A stretch of 64,000 bases of DNA, from the NCBI RefSeq assembly GCF_018350175.1, contig NC_058383.1:25546001-25610000 (forward strand), in the 5' to 3' direction. This stretch comes from Felis catus (taxonomy: Eukaryota). The notes under the pieces were generated by a model, which had not been told where the DNA came from, made no database searches, and saw only the letters and a list, made by a program, of their open reading frames with translations. The position numbers were made by a program, and so were the translations under genes. Shown here in pieces: positions 13,760 to 27,663 of this stretch; the first letter of the stretch is position 1; each line of letters opens with the position of its first letter.

Positions 13760-13866
13760 GGGGCACCTGGCTGGCTCAGTTGGAAGAGCATGTGACTCCT
13801 GACCTCAAAGTCATTCAAGCCCCATGTTAGGTACAGAAATTACTTTAAAAAAAAAAAACTTTAGAA
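13760..13866 (+). mobile_element. short Can-SINE lacking the CT linker
   Basis: GGGGCACCTGGCTGGCTCAG head and ...AGAAATTACTTT poly-A. TSD AGAAATTATATGCATGCAT on both sides. Confidence 0.85.
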
Positions 13867-14091
13867 GAAGAAATTATATGCATGCATTTTCAAAATAAAT
13901 CACACACCAAGAAAAATAATATATTGCTACTGTTTGTTCAAAAACTATATATATTATAAAGACATATATAAGGATAGACTATTTATTACTGTGATTGCCC
14001 TGAGGGAGGGGTATTTGGGTGGTTGGAGAACAAGAAGGGAAATTTACTTCTCCCTGCTATTATTTCTAATTATGTACCCTATTGTAGATAG

Positions 14092-14750
14092 GTACACCTC
14101 TTTCATGATACGATGGAGTTACATCCTGATAAACCCATCATAAAAATTGAAAATGCATGGAATACACCTAATCTACTGAACATCATAGCTTAGCCTAGCC
14201 TACCTTAAATATTCTTAGAACATTTACATTAGCCTATGGTTGGGCAAAATCATCTAACACAAAGCTTTTTGAATACTGGACTGAAAGTGAGAAACAGAAT
14301 GGTTATACAGGTACAGATGGTCATTAAGTGTGTCAGTTTTTTTTTTTTTAATCTTTTTTTTTAATATATGAAATTTACTGTCAAATTGGTTTCCATACAA
14401 CACCCAGTGCTCATCCCAAAAGGTGCCCTCCTCAATACCCATCATCCACCCTCCCCTCCCTCCCACCCCCCATCAACCCTCAGTTTGTTCTCAGTTTTTA
14501 ACAGTCTCTTATGTTTTGGCTGTCTCCCAAGTGTGTCAGTTTTAAGAGCTCATGATCACGTGATTGACTGGGAGCTCTGACTTACTGCTGTTGCCCAGCA
14601 TAACAAGAGTCTCATACCGCACATCACTAACCCAGGAAAAGATCCAAATTCAAAATCCCAAGTACAATTTCTACTGAATGTCTAAAGCTTTTGCACCACA
14701 GTAAAGTCAGAAAATCGTAAGTTGAACCATCATAAATCAGAGACCATCGG
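14092..14750 (+). mobile_element. Tigger5/MER47-family DNA transposon interrupted by an L1 fragment
   Basis: ACGATGGAGTTACATCCTGATAAACCCATC, CATCATAGCTTAGCCTAGCCTACCTTAAA and GAAAATCGTAAGTTGAACCATC match the recalled MER47/Tigger5 consensus. Confidence 0.75.
14341..14528 (-). mobile_element. 5'-truncated young feline L1 3' UTR
   Basis: Reverse complement of the L1 3' end seen around 33870-34030. Perfect TSD AAGTGTGTCAGTTTT at 14326-14340 and 14529-14543. Confidence 0.92.
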
Positions 14751-15288
14751 CACCTACTCTAAAAAATAAATATAATTTATCTTTAAATTAATCTGAAGGT
14801 CATGATCTTCTCCACTCCATCAATACTAAACCTACACAAAAAGGAAAGGTCCTAAAATCCAGGTTCCAAAAAGGTTCTTAAGAGGTTAGTCTCCTACCTG
14901 AACACATGAAGCAGGGAACACCCCATATTTTCCTGCATGCATGAGGACAAAAGAAAGAGTATGGGATTTCAGATTAGGGGATCTAGGCTTGGTTCCTGTC
15001 GCCAGCACTTACTAACTGTGTGACTTTAAGTGAATTCCTTAAGCCCTCTGGGCCCCAGTTTCATTTCTGAAGTGAGGATAATGGCAACACCACCTCCAAT
15101 GATTGTGAGGAATAGTTTATTTATTCCTACAATATTAAATTACGAGTATGTAATTTTGTCAAAATAGTATCCAGATGGCTGCATGAGCTATAATTTGTAG
15201 TGTAGAGACTGTCTTCCAAAAGCACTGGTTTGGTCCCTTTGGCTTCCATGGAAGTACCCATAAACATAAGCCTAGGGCCCTATATTAG

Positions 15289-16275
<987 letters not shown>

Positions 16276-19200
16276 CCTCACAGGTTTGGCACCTAGTGCC
16301 TCTGTCTAATCTATTTCCAGATGGGAGGGTAGCCCACTTAAAAGTGCTAACCTGATTTCCTATCTCCACAGACTGAGCAACCCTCAGACTGGTAGATGAG
16401 AAAAGATGGAAGAGAAGAAAGAAAAGCATCAATCTTGTTTTCATTTGTGCATTTATTTTCACAATGTCACTTGACAGCAGAATTTCTACCAGTTTGAAGA
16501 TGTCTTTAGAGGTTGTGTCATCATCCTGTGGCCAATGAGGACACAGGAAAGAAATAGTCTATGACTTTGCCTTGGCACCATCCAGTCATTGGGAACCTCT
16601 CATTTATGTGACACACCAAGCCACAATAGCAGGTAGCTGAGTCCACACTCTTCCTCTAAGAGCTGAGGTCAACCATCTCTTCCCTGTGCCATCCCCAGCA
16701 GCTAATAATGCTGACCATTGGGATTTGGGATTTTTCCAAGGTGCCCTTTGTCCTAGAGAAGGTTGTGGTCTTGAAGTGGCCCTGGAACCCTAAGCTACAG
16801 AATGACACTGTAAGGGGACAAGCAAGTATTAATCCCATCCAAACTCTAGCCAGAGCTTCTTTGGAAAGGCTTCAAACCAACATAACTATGACCCTCAGAT
16901 TTGGGTCTAAAATGCAGGCTTTCTATTTGTCATTATGTATAGATTTTATCTATCTCCTCCAAAACAAAGACCCCTGCCTGGTGCGTGGGGGGAAGGAGGA
17001 TCTCTTGAGCCCAGAAAAACAAAAAAATAAGCCCACTCTTGCCATTGTTTCGATCCATCCCGTGTCAGCTGTGTATGATCCCTTTACTCAAAATAGCTTC
17101 TTATTGCGGTGCCACTTAAGCTTCCTGGAGAAGCCTTTTACATGTAGAGTTGACAACCCTGCCTCCTTGCTTGCTGAAGCCCTCACCAAATTGTTTTATC
17201 TGAAGTGACTTCCAAACTGGACTTAATTTTCAAGGGTCAGGAACTGTAGCCCTCCAGGTGTGAAAGGAGACATTCTTAGCTCTGCCCCACAGTCTACCTG
17301 GTATTACTATTCAGCCACAAATGCAGATAAAATTCACACGGAAAGGTGCCCATGTTGTCTGCTTGTGTGCCCTTTGATGCATATGGCTCAAAAGGGTGGT
17401 ACCAGTTTTCAGTGAAGCTACTTAATTCAGATCCTTTGCAAAATGATAAAATATGAATTTATTTAGCTCTTCTCCCCTTGCCTGTCCAAGGCAAGAAGAG
17501 CCCTCTGATGTAATTAATAGGGGCTTCCCTCGGATTTGCCACTCATGTGTGTACACACACATGCCCACACATGTTTGATTATATTAGGCTTATATGTATC
17601 CAGTAATGTATTTTAAAAGGAAAACCATGCTGGAGTTCCACTTATTTAGCTTTTTAAAAATTTCTCTTCCAGATTACCAGTATTTGAAATTATCTGTGTT
17701 CTGGAAGAAATCTCCCCAAAATGATTTTGGAATTGTATGGTGTTTTTGGTGAGCAAACAAAAAGCAAACAGTCCTCCTGGAACACTTGGTTCCTCAGGCT
17801 GGATTCTTACTACATTTTTAGTCCTAAATTGGAAGACGTGTCTACCCTTTTTAAGGAAATCTGCAATAAAATGAGTATGGTAGAAAAGGCCCCAGTGCAA
17901 CACAAGCCCTAAACAATTAGTCAATGCCCTCAATACTAAGTCAATATAATTTTAGGTCATGGTAGTCCTGATTATTCTAATTCCTACTCCTTTTAAATGA
18001 CTGCAGTAGAGTCTCATCTTACCCAAAGATTAGATTCTAAAGTCAGTGCAAAAGAAAAAAATCTGGCAGAGCCGAAGTTACTTCTGCAAGGTCCTGAGGA
18101 AGGAACCGTATTGGAGACCATATTCTAATCCTTATAAAACCTAACTCAGCTAAGTTCTTCTCCAGCAATAGAACAGATTTCTTATACCAAGGATAAGACA
18201 AAGTTGGCATGCATTTAGAGACCTCCCTTCACTGTATGAATCTAATGTATCCAAGAACATTAAGATCGCACTGGTGCAGCAAGATGCTCCCACTAGAAGA
18301 GGTTCACGGAAGTTGTATGAGGGACAAACAGGTTAGTATGTCCCATATCACACTCTCCCCAGCGCACATGTGCATCAAATGGAATGGTGGGCAGACTCTC
18401 CCACAACCTTTAAATTGCATTTCTCTTTCAGTTTCTTTTTTGCCAAGCACATGTAGTCCAAATATGTCGTGTTCATTAAGTGTGTGTATGATGCAATTCC
18501 ACCACACCCCCTTATGAATGAACATTGACCAAAGGCTACCTACACTGAATATATATATATATATATTTTTTTTAAACACATGGCTCAAAAATGCTAGTTT
18601 GAGCTATATGTGGATGAGTCACAGTGCAATAGCTCTAAAGATTAAGCAATTCCTCTTTAAGAATGTATGCAAGATGGAAAATATGTGTGTAAATCTCAAT
18701 GCTCCCTGCTCCACATTTTTAATTACATGTAAAAACTGTTGATGTTTAAAAAGTAAAAAACTGGGTGTGCATTTGGAATGTTTTCCTCATACACTCATTT
18801 ATTAATTCTCTTACCAGTAGAGGTTGTACCACGTTGTATTGTGATCTTTTTTCCTTCTGGCTATATTTTATATTTTGATAAATAATATTTAAAAGAGGTC
18901 TGATTCTTGAAGGCATTCCAATGAGTTGTTATCTTCTGGTTAAAATGCATAAGAGTACTCACTGGGTTAGGTTAATACATATGTCCTAAAATTTGTTTCA
19001 GATAATCTATGGACTTTTAATTTATTATTATTATTTATAGTAATAATTATGGACAATAATGATAAGGTTTTTAAGAAAAAAAACTTTTAAACCTTTTCTT
19101 TCAGGCCAGTTTTGGAAACAGCCTTGAATTTTAAAGCCTGTCATGTAAAGAGCTGCTGTTGACGGCACTTAAGCAATTGCCTTATATTAGGTTTTTGTGA

Positions 19201-19615
19201 AAGACTGTTAACTAGCATTTCTCTTGTGTGATTTGTGTCCCTGGTTGGACATGCAGTGATGCTACACACGTACATGCTGTGTCTTTTTATCAGACAGCTC
19301 AAGGACTGAACTGTCTCATGGGGAAAGAAATGAGGAACATGAAAGACAAACCATAAAAGACAGACCATGAGAAGGTATGAACTTCCATTTTGCAAACATT
19401 CTGCAACTGGAAGATTACTTTGCACAGTTGGAGCCTACTGGTCCAACATGAGCCTATGTGAAGTGAATCAAAGACTCTAATGTTGGCTATTCCAGTTCAA
19501 AGAATGGAATAGAATGTTACCAGAGAAGAATAGTAAATGTTCATATTTTCTTAATTAGATAATATATTGTGTTTGGACTTGTTTGTATTATAATAAATTC
19601 TAATATGGTGCACAC
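16276..19615 (+). other. GPR139: probable long GPR139 3' UTR
   Basis: About 3.3 kb with no recognisable SINE or L1, AU-rich in its distal part, ending after AATAAA at 19592-19597. The end point is inferred. Confidence 0.55.
19592..19597 (+). terminator. GPR139: candidate distal polyadenylation signal AATAAA (alternative at 17865-17870)
   Basis: Upstream TGTA and U-rich tract; downstream GU-rich TTGGTGTTTGG about 20-30 nt after the signal. Confidence 0.55.
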
Positions 19616-19929
19616 TTGGTGTTTGGAATTTGCATATATGTTCATGCTATGGCAGAACTCTGGCTAAAAATTTTTAAATGAGCTTTTTACTTATCCTTTG
19701 TGCTGGTGCTACAATGAGACCTGAATCCCACCTATCCCTTGGTTAGCCAGATATATTTCAGAATTTAAGACCACTGAACTCTGCTTCCTATAATCCTAAT
19801 TAGGTAGTTTACCGGGGATAAATCTGAATTCTCTTTTGACTTTATCCTTTACATGTCTTCAAGACAATGCTGACTATAATCATAAGAGGAAATCTAGCAT
19901 AATGACAAAGAGCTTGGACTTGTTTTTCC

Positions 19930-20278
19930 CTCATGACTTATCTATAACTGGAAAATTTTATCTTTTGACTCCCTTCACCCATTTTTCCCACGCCTACCCC
20001 CCATCTCTGGCAACCATCAATCTGTTCCCTGTATCTACGAGCTTAGCTTTTTGTCTTGTTTTTTAAATTCCACATATAAATGAGATCATACAGTATTTTT
20101 CTTTTCTCGGTCTGACTTATTTCACTTAGGATAAAGCCCTCAAGGTCCATCCATATTGTTACAAATGGCAAGATTTTATTCTTTTTATGGCTGAATAGTA
20201 TTCTGTTGTGTGTATATACCACATCTTCTCTGCTCATTCATCTATTAATGGCCACTTAAATTGTTTCTGTATCTTGTA
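19930..20278 (-). mobile_element. old L1MA-like fragment (ORF2 end and 3' UTR)
   Basis: The antisense ORF 20043..20237 contains KILPFVTIWMDLEGFILSEISQTEK, the L1 ORF2 C-terminus. Confidence 0.8.
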
Positions 20279-22179
20279 ATAACTTGGATGCTGAAGCCAG
20301 ACAGTCATGGTTTCACATCCCAGCCCCACCATTTACTAAATGGGTGGCCTTCAACAATTCTTTGAACATCTCTGAAAGATGGTCCTCACATAAAAAATGG
20401 TATAAAATTTAATTTTTTGGTTTCCTTCAAGGTAAATAGAAGCTCTCAAGGTCAGGAAACCAAGATTTGGAGTCAATTTTGGCAGGCTATAACTTTGCAG
20501 GCTATTCCACTTCCTACCTGTGTGGCCTTGCACAATGTTCTCAATCTAAGTCTCAATTTCTTCTCCATAAAATATGGCTACTAGTAATTCCAATACATAC
20601 CTCATAGGGTGATTATTAATAGTAGAGCTAAAAGGAGTCTCCAAGTGCACATCATTTTATGGGTAAGGATACTGGGTCAAAAGAGGTCAATGACTTTGTC
20701 CAAAGTAGTCACTACACACTTCATGCCTCCCACTTTACCTCATTGCCTTCTCTGAAAGATTCTGACTCATGCCCTTTTCAGATTTGAGTATATTGCATAG
20801 TTTTCCAACCTTTCAAGCCCAGGTCATCCAAGCATGAGATATATTATAACTGCATCGTAATTAAAACATTTTGCTTGACCTTTCCCTCTAAGGTAGATTT
20901 TTTTTTTTAAGTTGACTCTCTGGAATCCTAACCACAGCTCTTAAACTAGCTATGCATTTCCCACACAAACCACTATCAATTCTGACAGCCACCCACAAAC
21001 TATTGTCACAATCTATCTTTGCGTCAACTTGGATAATGAAAGTAACTTACAAGTTGAGAGGGAAGCACAAAAAAGCAAAGAATTTGCTGAGAAGGTTGCA
21101 AGCAGAAGCTGTTAGGCATGGCTACAGCATCCTCATTAATTTTGTTCACCAACTCAGGAAGGCAGGATAAAAGTAAGTTGATGAAGGTTGAACTGTTAAA
21201 TAATAATCCTTTTATTAGTGCACTCAGCTAAATGTGATGGTTCAGCTTCTATGGAGGGTATGCAATTAATCCACAAACTTGCCAGACACAACAAGGGGGA
21301 TAAGAGGCTCTTGTCTACTGGGATAAATAGAAACTGTGAATTTCCCGGGTTTATTGGGAGAATGTGTCACTGTAATGCCAGAAAAAGAAAACTTCTCTGA
21401 TTAAAAAGGAGCAAAAGAGGGCCATAGGGAAGAGATTCCTTCCCACCAACTCTCTGCATGAAGAACTTACTATGTCCATAGAGCTTTGTTACCTAGTGAA
21501 TGGTAATAATACAATATTTCTCTCTACTGGAGATGGAATAAAAAAGCACGTGAGACTGAAACTCAAGTATGAGAGATCCAGATCAAACCCAAAAGGGAAG
21601 TCTTCATAATGATGTCTACTCCCTCCACAAATGGAGTTCTCAGAATCTGGGTATATTTTCAAATGGACTGTATATCAGAGTCTTGGAGGAAAACAAATCT
21701 CACTCAGACGGTTTCAATAAAAAGCTTTTAACCAAGGAGACCTTTAAAAATGGTCTCATCAAGATTAAGGGAACGAAGAAGAGTTACTGAGATTCCTAGG
21801 AACTAGAAAAATTAGTGAAAACACTGTTACTGCAGCTCAGTGTGGCTGAACTTTGGAGGTAGGGCCTTCTAGCAAACAAGTGCCACACCATTACCAGAGA
21901 TGTGAGGCCTGAGAGGAAATGGAAGATCCCCAATCTCTCTTTTCCTTCCCTCTGATAGCATGTTGATGCCCCCACCAGCAGAGCTCAAACAGAAGTCAGC
22001 CAAGGAGGGAGAGCTGGTGATGTAGTCCATAGTGGCCAGGCCTCAAGGCACAAACAGTGAAAAATAGATCAAGAGTGAAGTGAGACAAGCAGCAACTGCA
22101 GAATAACCAGCAAAGCTTGGATTCTTATTTTCCTATCACTGAATGCTGGAGAGGATCATGGAGGATACTTCACTCAAAT

Positions 22180-22306
22180 AAAGAAGAAAGGAAGGAAGGA
22201 AGGAAGGAAAGAAGGAAGGAAGGAAGGAAGGAAGGAAAGAAGGAAGGAAGGAAGGAAGGAAGGAGAAGGAAGAGGAAGAAAGGAAGGAAGGAAAGAAAGA
22301 GAGAGA
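22180..22306. repeat. (GGAA)n-type polypurine microsatellite
   Basis: Uninterrupted A/G tract. Confidence 0.95.
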
Positions 22307-23011
22307 CAGAAAAGGAAAATTAAGGCCTAAGAGATTGCCTTGCCCGAGGTCATATGACCTAGATGTTGGTAGGTCCACCTTCTAATGATTTTCTAGCACA
22401 ATCCCAGGAACATGTACTGCAGACCTTCACAAACTTGCTTTCCAACCATCATACTTAGAATTTTCTTTCATTAATCCTCAGCATCTCCAGTTGTCAACAT
22501 GAATATGTTTGGGAGAGAAATGAGGAAGCTGGGCACTCATTTAGTAACCATTGTGTCTCAGGCACTCCTACGATCACTCACTTATTTGACTAATATGTGT
22601 TGAAACATATGATGTCTATTCATATTCCAAATCTATTGTAGGCATAGTGATTCTCTGGTGAACAAAACACATAGGGCTTCTGACTTTGTGGTACTTACAT
22701 TCTATCAGGAGAGACAATATGCAAGAAAGCAAATAAGGTAATTTCAAGTAGTGCTAAGACTATGAAGACTTTCCTTTTAGGTAAAGGAAGCATAAAGTAC
22801 AGACACTTTGAAATGAGAAAAACCCTGAGCACTCATAGTACAAATAGGAGACTAGCATTACCGAAACATAGTAATCCAGGGGAACAGTGATACAGAACAA
22901 GGCATGGAGGGGCTGGCAGGAGCAAAATAATGCACAGCTCTGTGGGGTCTGGTAAGGAACTTGGTGAAAAGCCACTGACGAATTTTAAGAAAGAAATTGA
23001 TGTGATCTTCT

Positions 23012-23218
23012 TAAGTTCAATTATTTGTTTTGAGAGAGAAAGAGAGAATGCGAGTTGGGAAGGGGCAGAGAGAAAGGGAGAGAGAATCCCAAGCATGTTC
23101 CATGATATCAGTCCAATGCAGGGTCCAATGAAGGGCTCAATCCCATGAACAGTGAGATCACAATCCAAGCCAAAATCAAGAGTCAGACACTCAACTGATT
23201 GAGTCACCCACGCACCCC
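23012..23218 (-). mobile_element. Can-SINE
   Basis: Antisense SINE. TSD TGATGTGATCTTCT at 22998-23011 and 23219-23232. Confidence 0.9.
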
Positions 23219-23679
23219 TGATGTGATCTTCTAACCACATCACCTAACCATCATAACAACTCTTGAAGAAGAGTATTGTTACCTCCATTCTTCAGATAAG
23301 AAAATGAAGTCTCATGGGGATTCTCACAGGGAAGCCTCAAGGTCACAGTAAGTAATTTATGAGTGGTATTTAAGCCTAGTCCTGTCTGGTTACAAGAGCC
23401 ATTTCTTCAGGCCACCTTGACACAACTTCCTTCACATCCCATACTCTCTTCTGAAATAGCAGCTTGTTCCCATTAGCCTTTTCATCATCAAAAGCTGATA
23501 TTTAGACTAAAGCTATCCTTTAATTCCAGTAATGAAGAGTCAGAAATCATCAGGTCATGATAGCATATGGTTCTATTTCATGACCTAATTCATGTGTCTG
23601 ATGAAATCTGGCAGAGTAGAGAATCAGTCACACAAGTTCATGGAGAAAATAATATAGACTCTACTGGCAGGCAAAGCAA

Positions 23680-23856
23680 ATATACATATTTATTTACCTA
23701 AATATATATATATATGTATATATATATATTTATATATTGTGTATTATGTATATGTGTATATTATATAATTATGTAATATGTATATGTACTGTGTAACATA
23801 TAATTATATATTATATGTAATATATAATAAAATATGTATTGTTATATTATATATTA
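23680..23856. repeat. (TA)n / AT-rich low-complexity tract
   Basis: Degenerate TATATG/TA repeats. Confidence 0.85.
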
Positions 23857-24083
23857 AAATTTTTGAAAGCATATATCTTTTAAAACAAACCTCAATAATA
23901 TTTTCAATGACATTGTTTTGCAAATGCTCTTATACACAGATTTCAATTCTTGGTCCCTCTCCAGCTTAGTGGCTGGCTCTTCAGAGCAAGGGCCTTTGCT
24001 TCTGTCCAAGGTGCTGAAATCATTTGCCCACGACTTTGATTTGAATAAGAAATGCACAATCTGCTAAGAAAATTTTATGTATA

Positions 24084-24198
24084 GGGGTGCCCAGATTGTT
24101 CAGTTGGTTAAGAATCCAACTGTTGATTTCGGCTCAGGTCATATCACAGTTCATGAGTTGAAGCTGCGACTCAGACTCTGTGCTGACAGATTCATTCA

Positions 24199-24235
<37 letters not shown>

Positions 24236-24256
24236 AATAAAAACTTTAAAAAAAAA
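24084..24256 (+). mobile_element. degenerate, internally deleted Can-SINE
   Basis: GGGGTGCCCAGATTGTTCAGTTGGTTAAG head, (CT)n, AATAAA and A-tail. Confidence 0.8.
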
Positions 24257-24313
24257 GAAAATTTCACTTTTAAAGATACATATTTGCTCCCTCTCATTAA
24301 AAAAGGAATTGGT

Positions 24314-26996
24314 TCTCCCAAAACAAAACAAAACAAAAAAACAAGAGTCCAGGACCAGATGGCTTTCCACGGGAATTCTACCAAACATTTAAGGAAGAGT
24401 TAACACCTATTCTCTTGAAGCTGTTCCAAAAAATAGAAATGGAAGGAAAACTTCCAAACTCTTTCTATGAGGCCAGCATTACCTTGATTCCAAAACCAGA
24501 CAGAGACCCCAATAAAAAGGAGAACTACAGACCAATTTCCCTGATGAACATGGATGCAAAAATACTCAACAACACGTTAGCCAACCAGATCCAACAATAC
24601 GTTAAAAAAATTATTCACCACGACCAAGTGGGATTTATACCTGGGATGCAGGGCTGGTTCAATATCCGCAAAACAATTAACCTGATTCATCACATCAATA
24701 AAAGAAAGGACAAGAACCAAATGATCCTCTCAATAGATGCAGAGAAAGCATTTGACAAAACACAGCATCCTTTGTTGATAAAAACCCTCAAAAAAGTAGG
24801 GATAGAAGGATCATACCTCGAGATCATAAAAGCCATATATGAATGACCCAATGCTAATATCATCCTCAATGGGGAAAAACTGAGAGTATTCCCTCCGCGG
24901 TCAAGAACAAGACAGGGATGTCCACTCTCACCACTGTTATTCAACATAGTATTGGAAGTCTTCACCTCTGCAATCAGACAACACAAAGAAATAAAAGGCA
25001 TCCAAATCGGCCAGGAGGAAATCAAACTTTCACTCTTCACAGATGACATGATACTCCATATGGAAAACCCAAAAGATTCCACCAAAAAACTGCCAGAATT
25101 GATTCATGAATTCAGCAAAGTTGCAGGATATAAAATCAACACACAGAAATCGGTTGCATTCCTATACACCAACAATGAAGCAACAGAAAGAGAAATCAAG
25201 GAATCCATCCCATTTACAATTGCACCAAAAACCATAAAATACCTAGGAATAAGTCTAACCAAAGAGGTGAAAAATCTATACACTGAAGACTACAGAAAGC
25301 TTATGAAAGAAAGTGAAGAAGACACAAAAAAATGGAAAAAGATTCCATGCACCTGGATAGGAAGAACAAATATTGTTAAAATGTCAATACTACCCAAAGC
25401 AATCTACATATTCAATGCAATCCCTATCAAAATAACACCAGCATTCTTCACAGAGCTAGAACAAATAATCCTAAAATTTGTATGGAACCAGAAAAGATAC
25501 TGAATAGCCAAAGCAATCTTGAAAAAGAAAACCAAAGCAGGAGGCATCACAGTCCCAGACTTCAAGATATACTACAAGGCTGTAATCATCAAGACAGTAT
25601 GGTACTGGCACAAGAACAGACACTCAGATCATTGGAACAGAACAGAGAACCCAGAAATGGACCCAAAAATGTATGTCCAACTCATCTTTGACAAAGCAGG
25701 AAAGAACATCCAATGGAATAAAGACAGTCTCTTCAGCAAGTGGTACTGGGAAACCTGGACAGCAACATGCAGAAGAATGAACCTGGACCACTTTCTTACA
25801 CCAGACACAAAAATAAACTCAAAATGGATGAAAGACCTCAATGTAAGACAGGAAGCCATCAAAATCCTCGAGGAGAAAGCAGGCAAAAACCTCTTTGATC
25901 TTGGCCACAGCAATTTCTTACGCAACACGTCTCCGGAGGCAAGGGAAACAAAAGCAAAAATGAACTACTGGGACCTCATCAAAATAAAAAGCTTCTGCAC
26001 AGCGAAGGAAACAATCAACAAAACTAAAAGGCAACTGACAGAATGGGAGAAGATATTTGCAAACGACATATCAGATAAAGGGTTGGTATCCAAAATCTAT
26101 AAAGAACTTATCAAACTCAACACCCAAAAAACAAATGATCCAGTGAAGAAATGGGCAAAAGACATGAATAGACACTTCTCCAAGGAAGACATCCAGATGG
26201 CCAACCGACACATGAAAAAAAATGTTCAACATCACTCATCATCAGGGAAATACAAATCAAAACCACAATGAAATACCACCTTACACCTGTCAGAATGGCT
26301 CACATTAACAACTCAGGCAACAACAGATGTTGGTGAGGATGTGGAGAAAGAGGATCTCTTTTGAATTGTTGGTGGGAATGCAAGCTGGTGCAGCCACTCT
26401 GGAAAACAGTATGGAGGTTCCTCAAAAAAACTAAAAATAGAACTACCCTACGACCCAGCAATGGCACTACTAGGCATTTATCCAAGGGATACAGGTATGC
26501 TGTCTTGAAGGGACATATGCACCCCCATGTTTACAGCAGCACTATCAACAACAGCCAAAATATGGAAAGAGACCAAATGTCCATCCATGGATGAATGGAT
26601 AAAGAAAATGTGGTATATATATACAATGGAGTATTACTCAGCAATCAAAAAGAATGAAATCTTGCCATTTGCAACTACGTAAATGGAACTGGAGGGTATT
26701 ATGCTAAGCGAAATTAGTCAGAGAAAGACAAATATCATATGACTTCACTCATATGAGGACTTTAAGACACAAAACAGATGAACATAAGGGAAGGGAAACA
26801 AAAATATAAAAACAGGGAGGGGGACAAAACATAAGAGACTCTTAAATATGGAGAATAAACAGAGGGTAACTGGAGGGGTTGTGGGAGGCGGGATGGGCTA
26901 AATGGGTAAGGGGCACTAAGGAATCTACTCCTGAAATCATTGTCGCACTATATGGTAACTATTTTGGATGTAAATTTTAAAAAATAAAATTAAAAT
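24314..26996 (+). mobile_element. 5'-truncated carnivore LINE-1 (dead ORF2 RT and C-terminal domain plus 3' UTR)
   Basis: ORF2 peptides [35 protein letters not shown] and [13 protein letters not shown]. In-frame stops at 24844 and 25501 and a frameshift near 26220. TSD AAAAGGAA(T/C)TGGT at 24301-24313 and 26997-27009. Confidence 0.96.
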
Positions 26997-27069
26997 AAAA
27001 GGAACTGGTACAGCATTATTTACTTTATGAAACTATTTAAGAATTGGATTTCTTAGAACACGAGGTCCA

Positions 27070-27385
27070 CTGGGGCCTTGCTCCTCAAACCATGGTCCAC
27101 TAATGGCAGCATCACATCAGTATCACCTGGGAATTTGTAAGAAGTATGGAATCACAGGCTCTACCCCAACGTACTGAACCAGAATCTCAATTTTAACAAG
27201 ATCCCAGGTGATTCATACACACATGAAATACTGAGAAGTACTGCACTGTTGGACTTTAAAACAGTGGTTTTACACCCTTGGGAAGCTTTTTGAAAATCCC
27301 AATACCCAACATGAAACCCAGATGACAGTATTTTTTAAAGTTCCTTGGATAATTCTAATGTACAACCAAAATGGAGAACCAATGT
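27070..27385. mobile_element. MER5-like hAT relics (two adjacent pieces)
   Basis: CTCAAAC..TGGTCC...ATCACCTGGGAATTTGT...CCCAGGTGATTC motifs. Confidence 0.55.
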
Positions 27386-27553
27386 TTTTTTTTTAAGAAA
27401 ACTTTAAATCACTATCATAAATGGAAAACCAGAATCACCTGCCATAATAGATAGAACCCATTTTAAAAAGGCCAAAGATTGTTAATAATTCTTACTTTAT
27501 ACAACTGTCTGAAACTAACATCTTTTCTCTTTGTGTTAAAAAACAAAAGACAG

Positions 27554-27615
27554 CATCTTTTGGGATGAGCACTGGGTGTTGTATGGAAACCAATTTGACA
27601 ATAAATTTCATACAT

Positions 27616-27661
<46 letters not shown>
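27554..27661 (+). mobile_element. ~62-nt L1 3' terminus with (TAAA)n tail and TSD
   Basis: CTTTTGGGATGAGCACTGGGTGTTGTATGGAAACCAATTTGACAATAAA. Perfect TSD AACAAAAGACAG at 27542-27553 and 27662-27673. Confidence 0.9.

Positions 27662-27663
<2 letters not shown>

Noticed and set aside
16708..17208. 166-aa ORF downstream of GPR139
   Set aside because: No recognisable domain or splice signals; it lies in the probable 3' UTR and is most likely a chance ORF. Ribosome profiling or dN/dS would be needed to revive it.
24415..26594. Reverse-transcriptase ORFs as a novel RT-based system
   Set aside because: These are fragments of one dead LINE-1 ORF2 with stops, a frameshift, a 3' UTR and a TSD.
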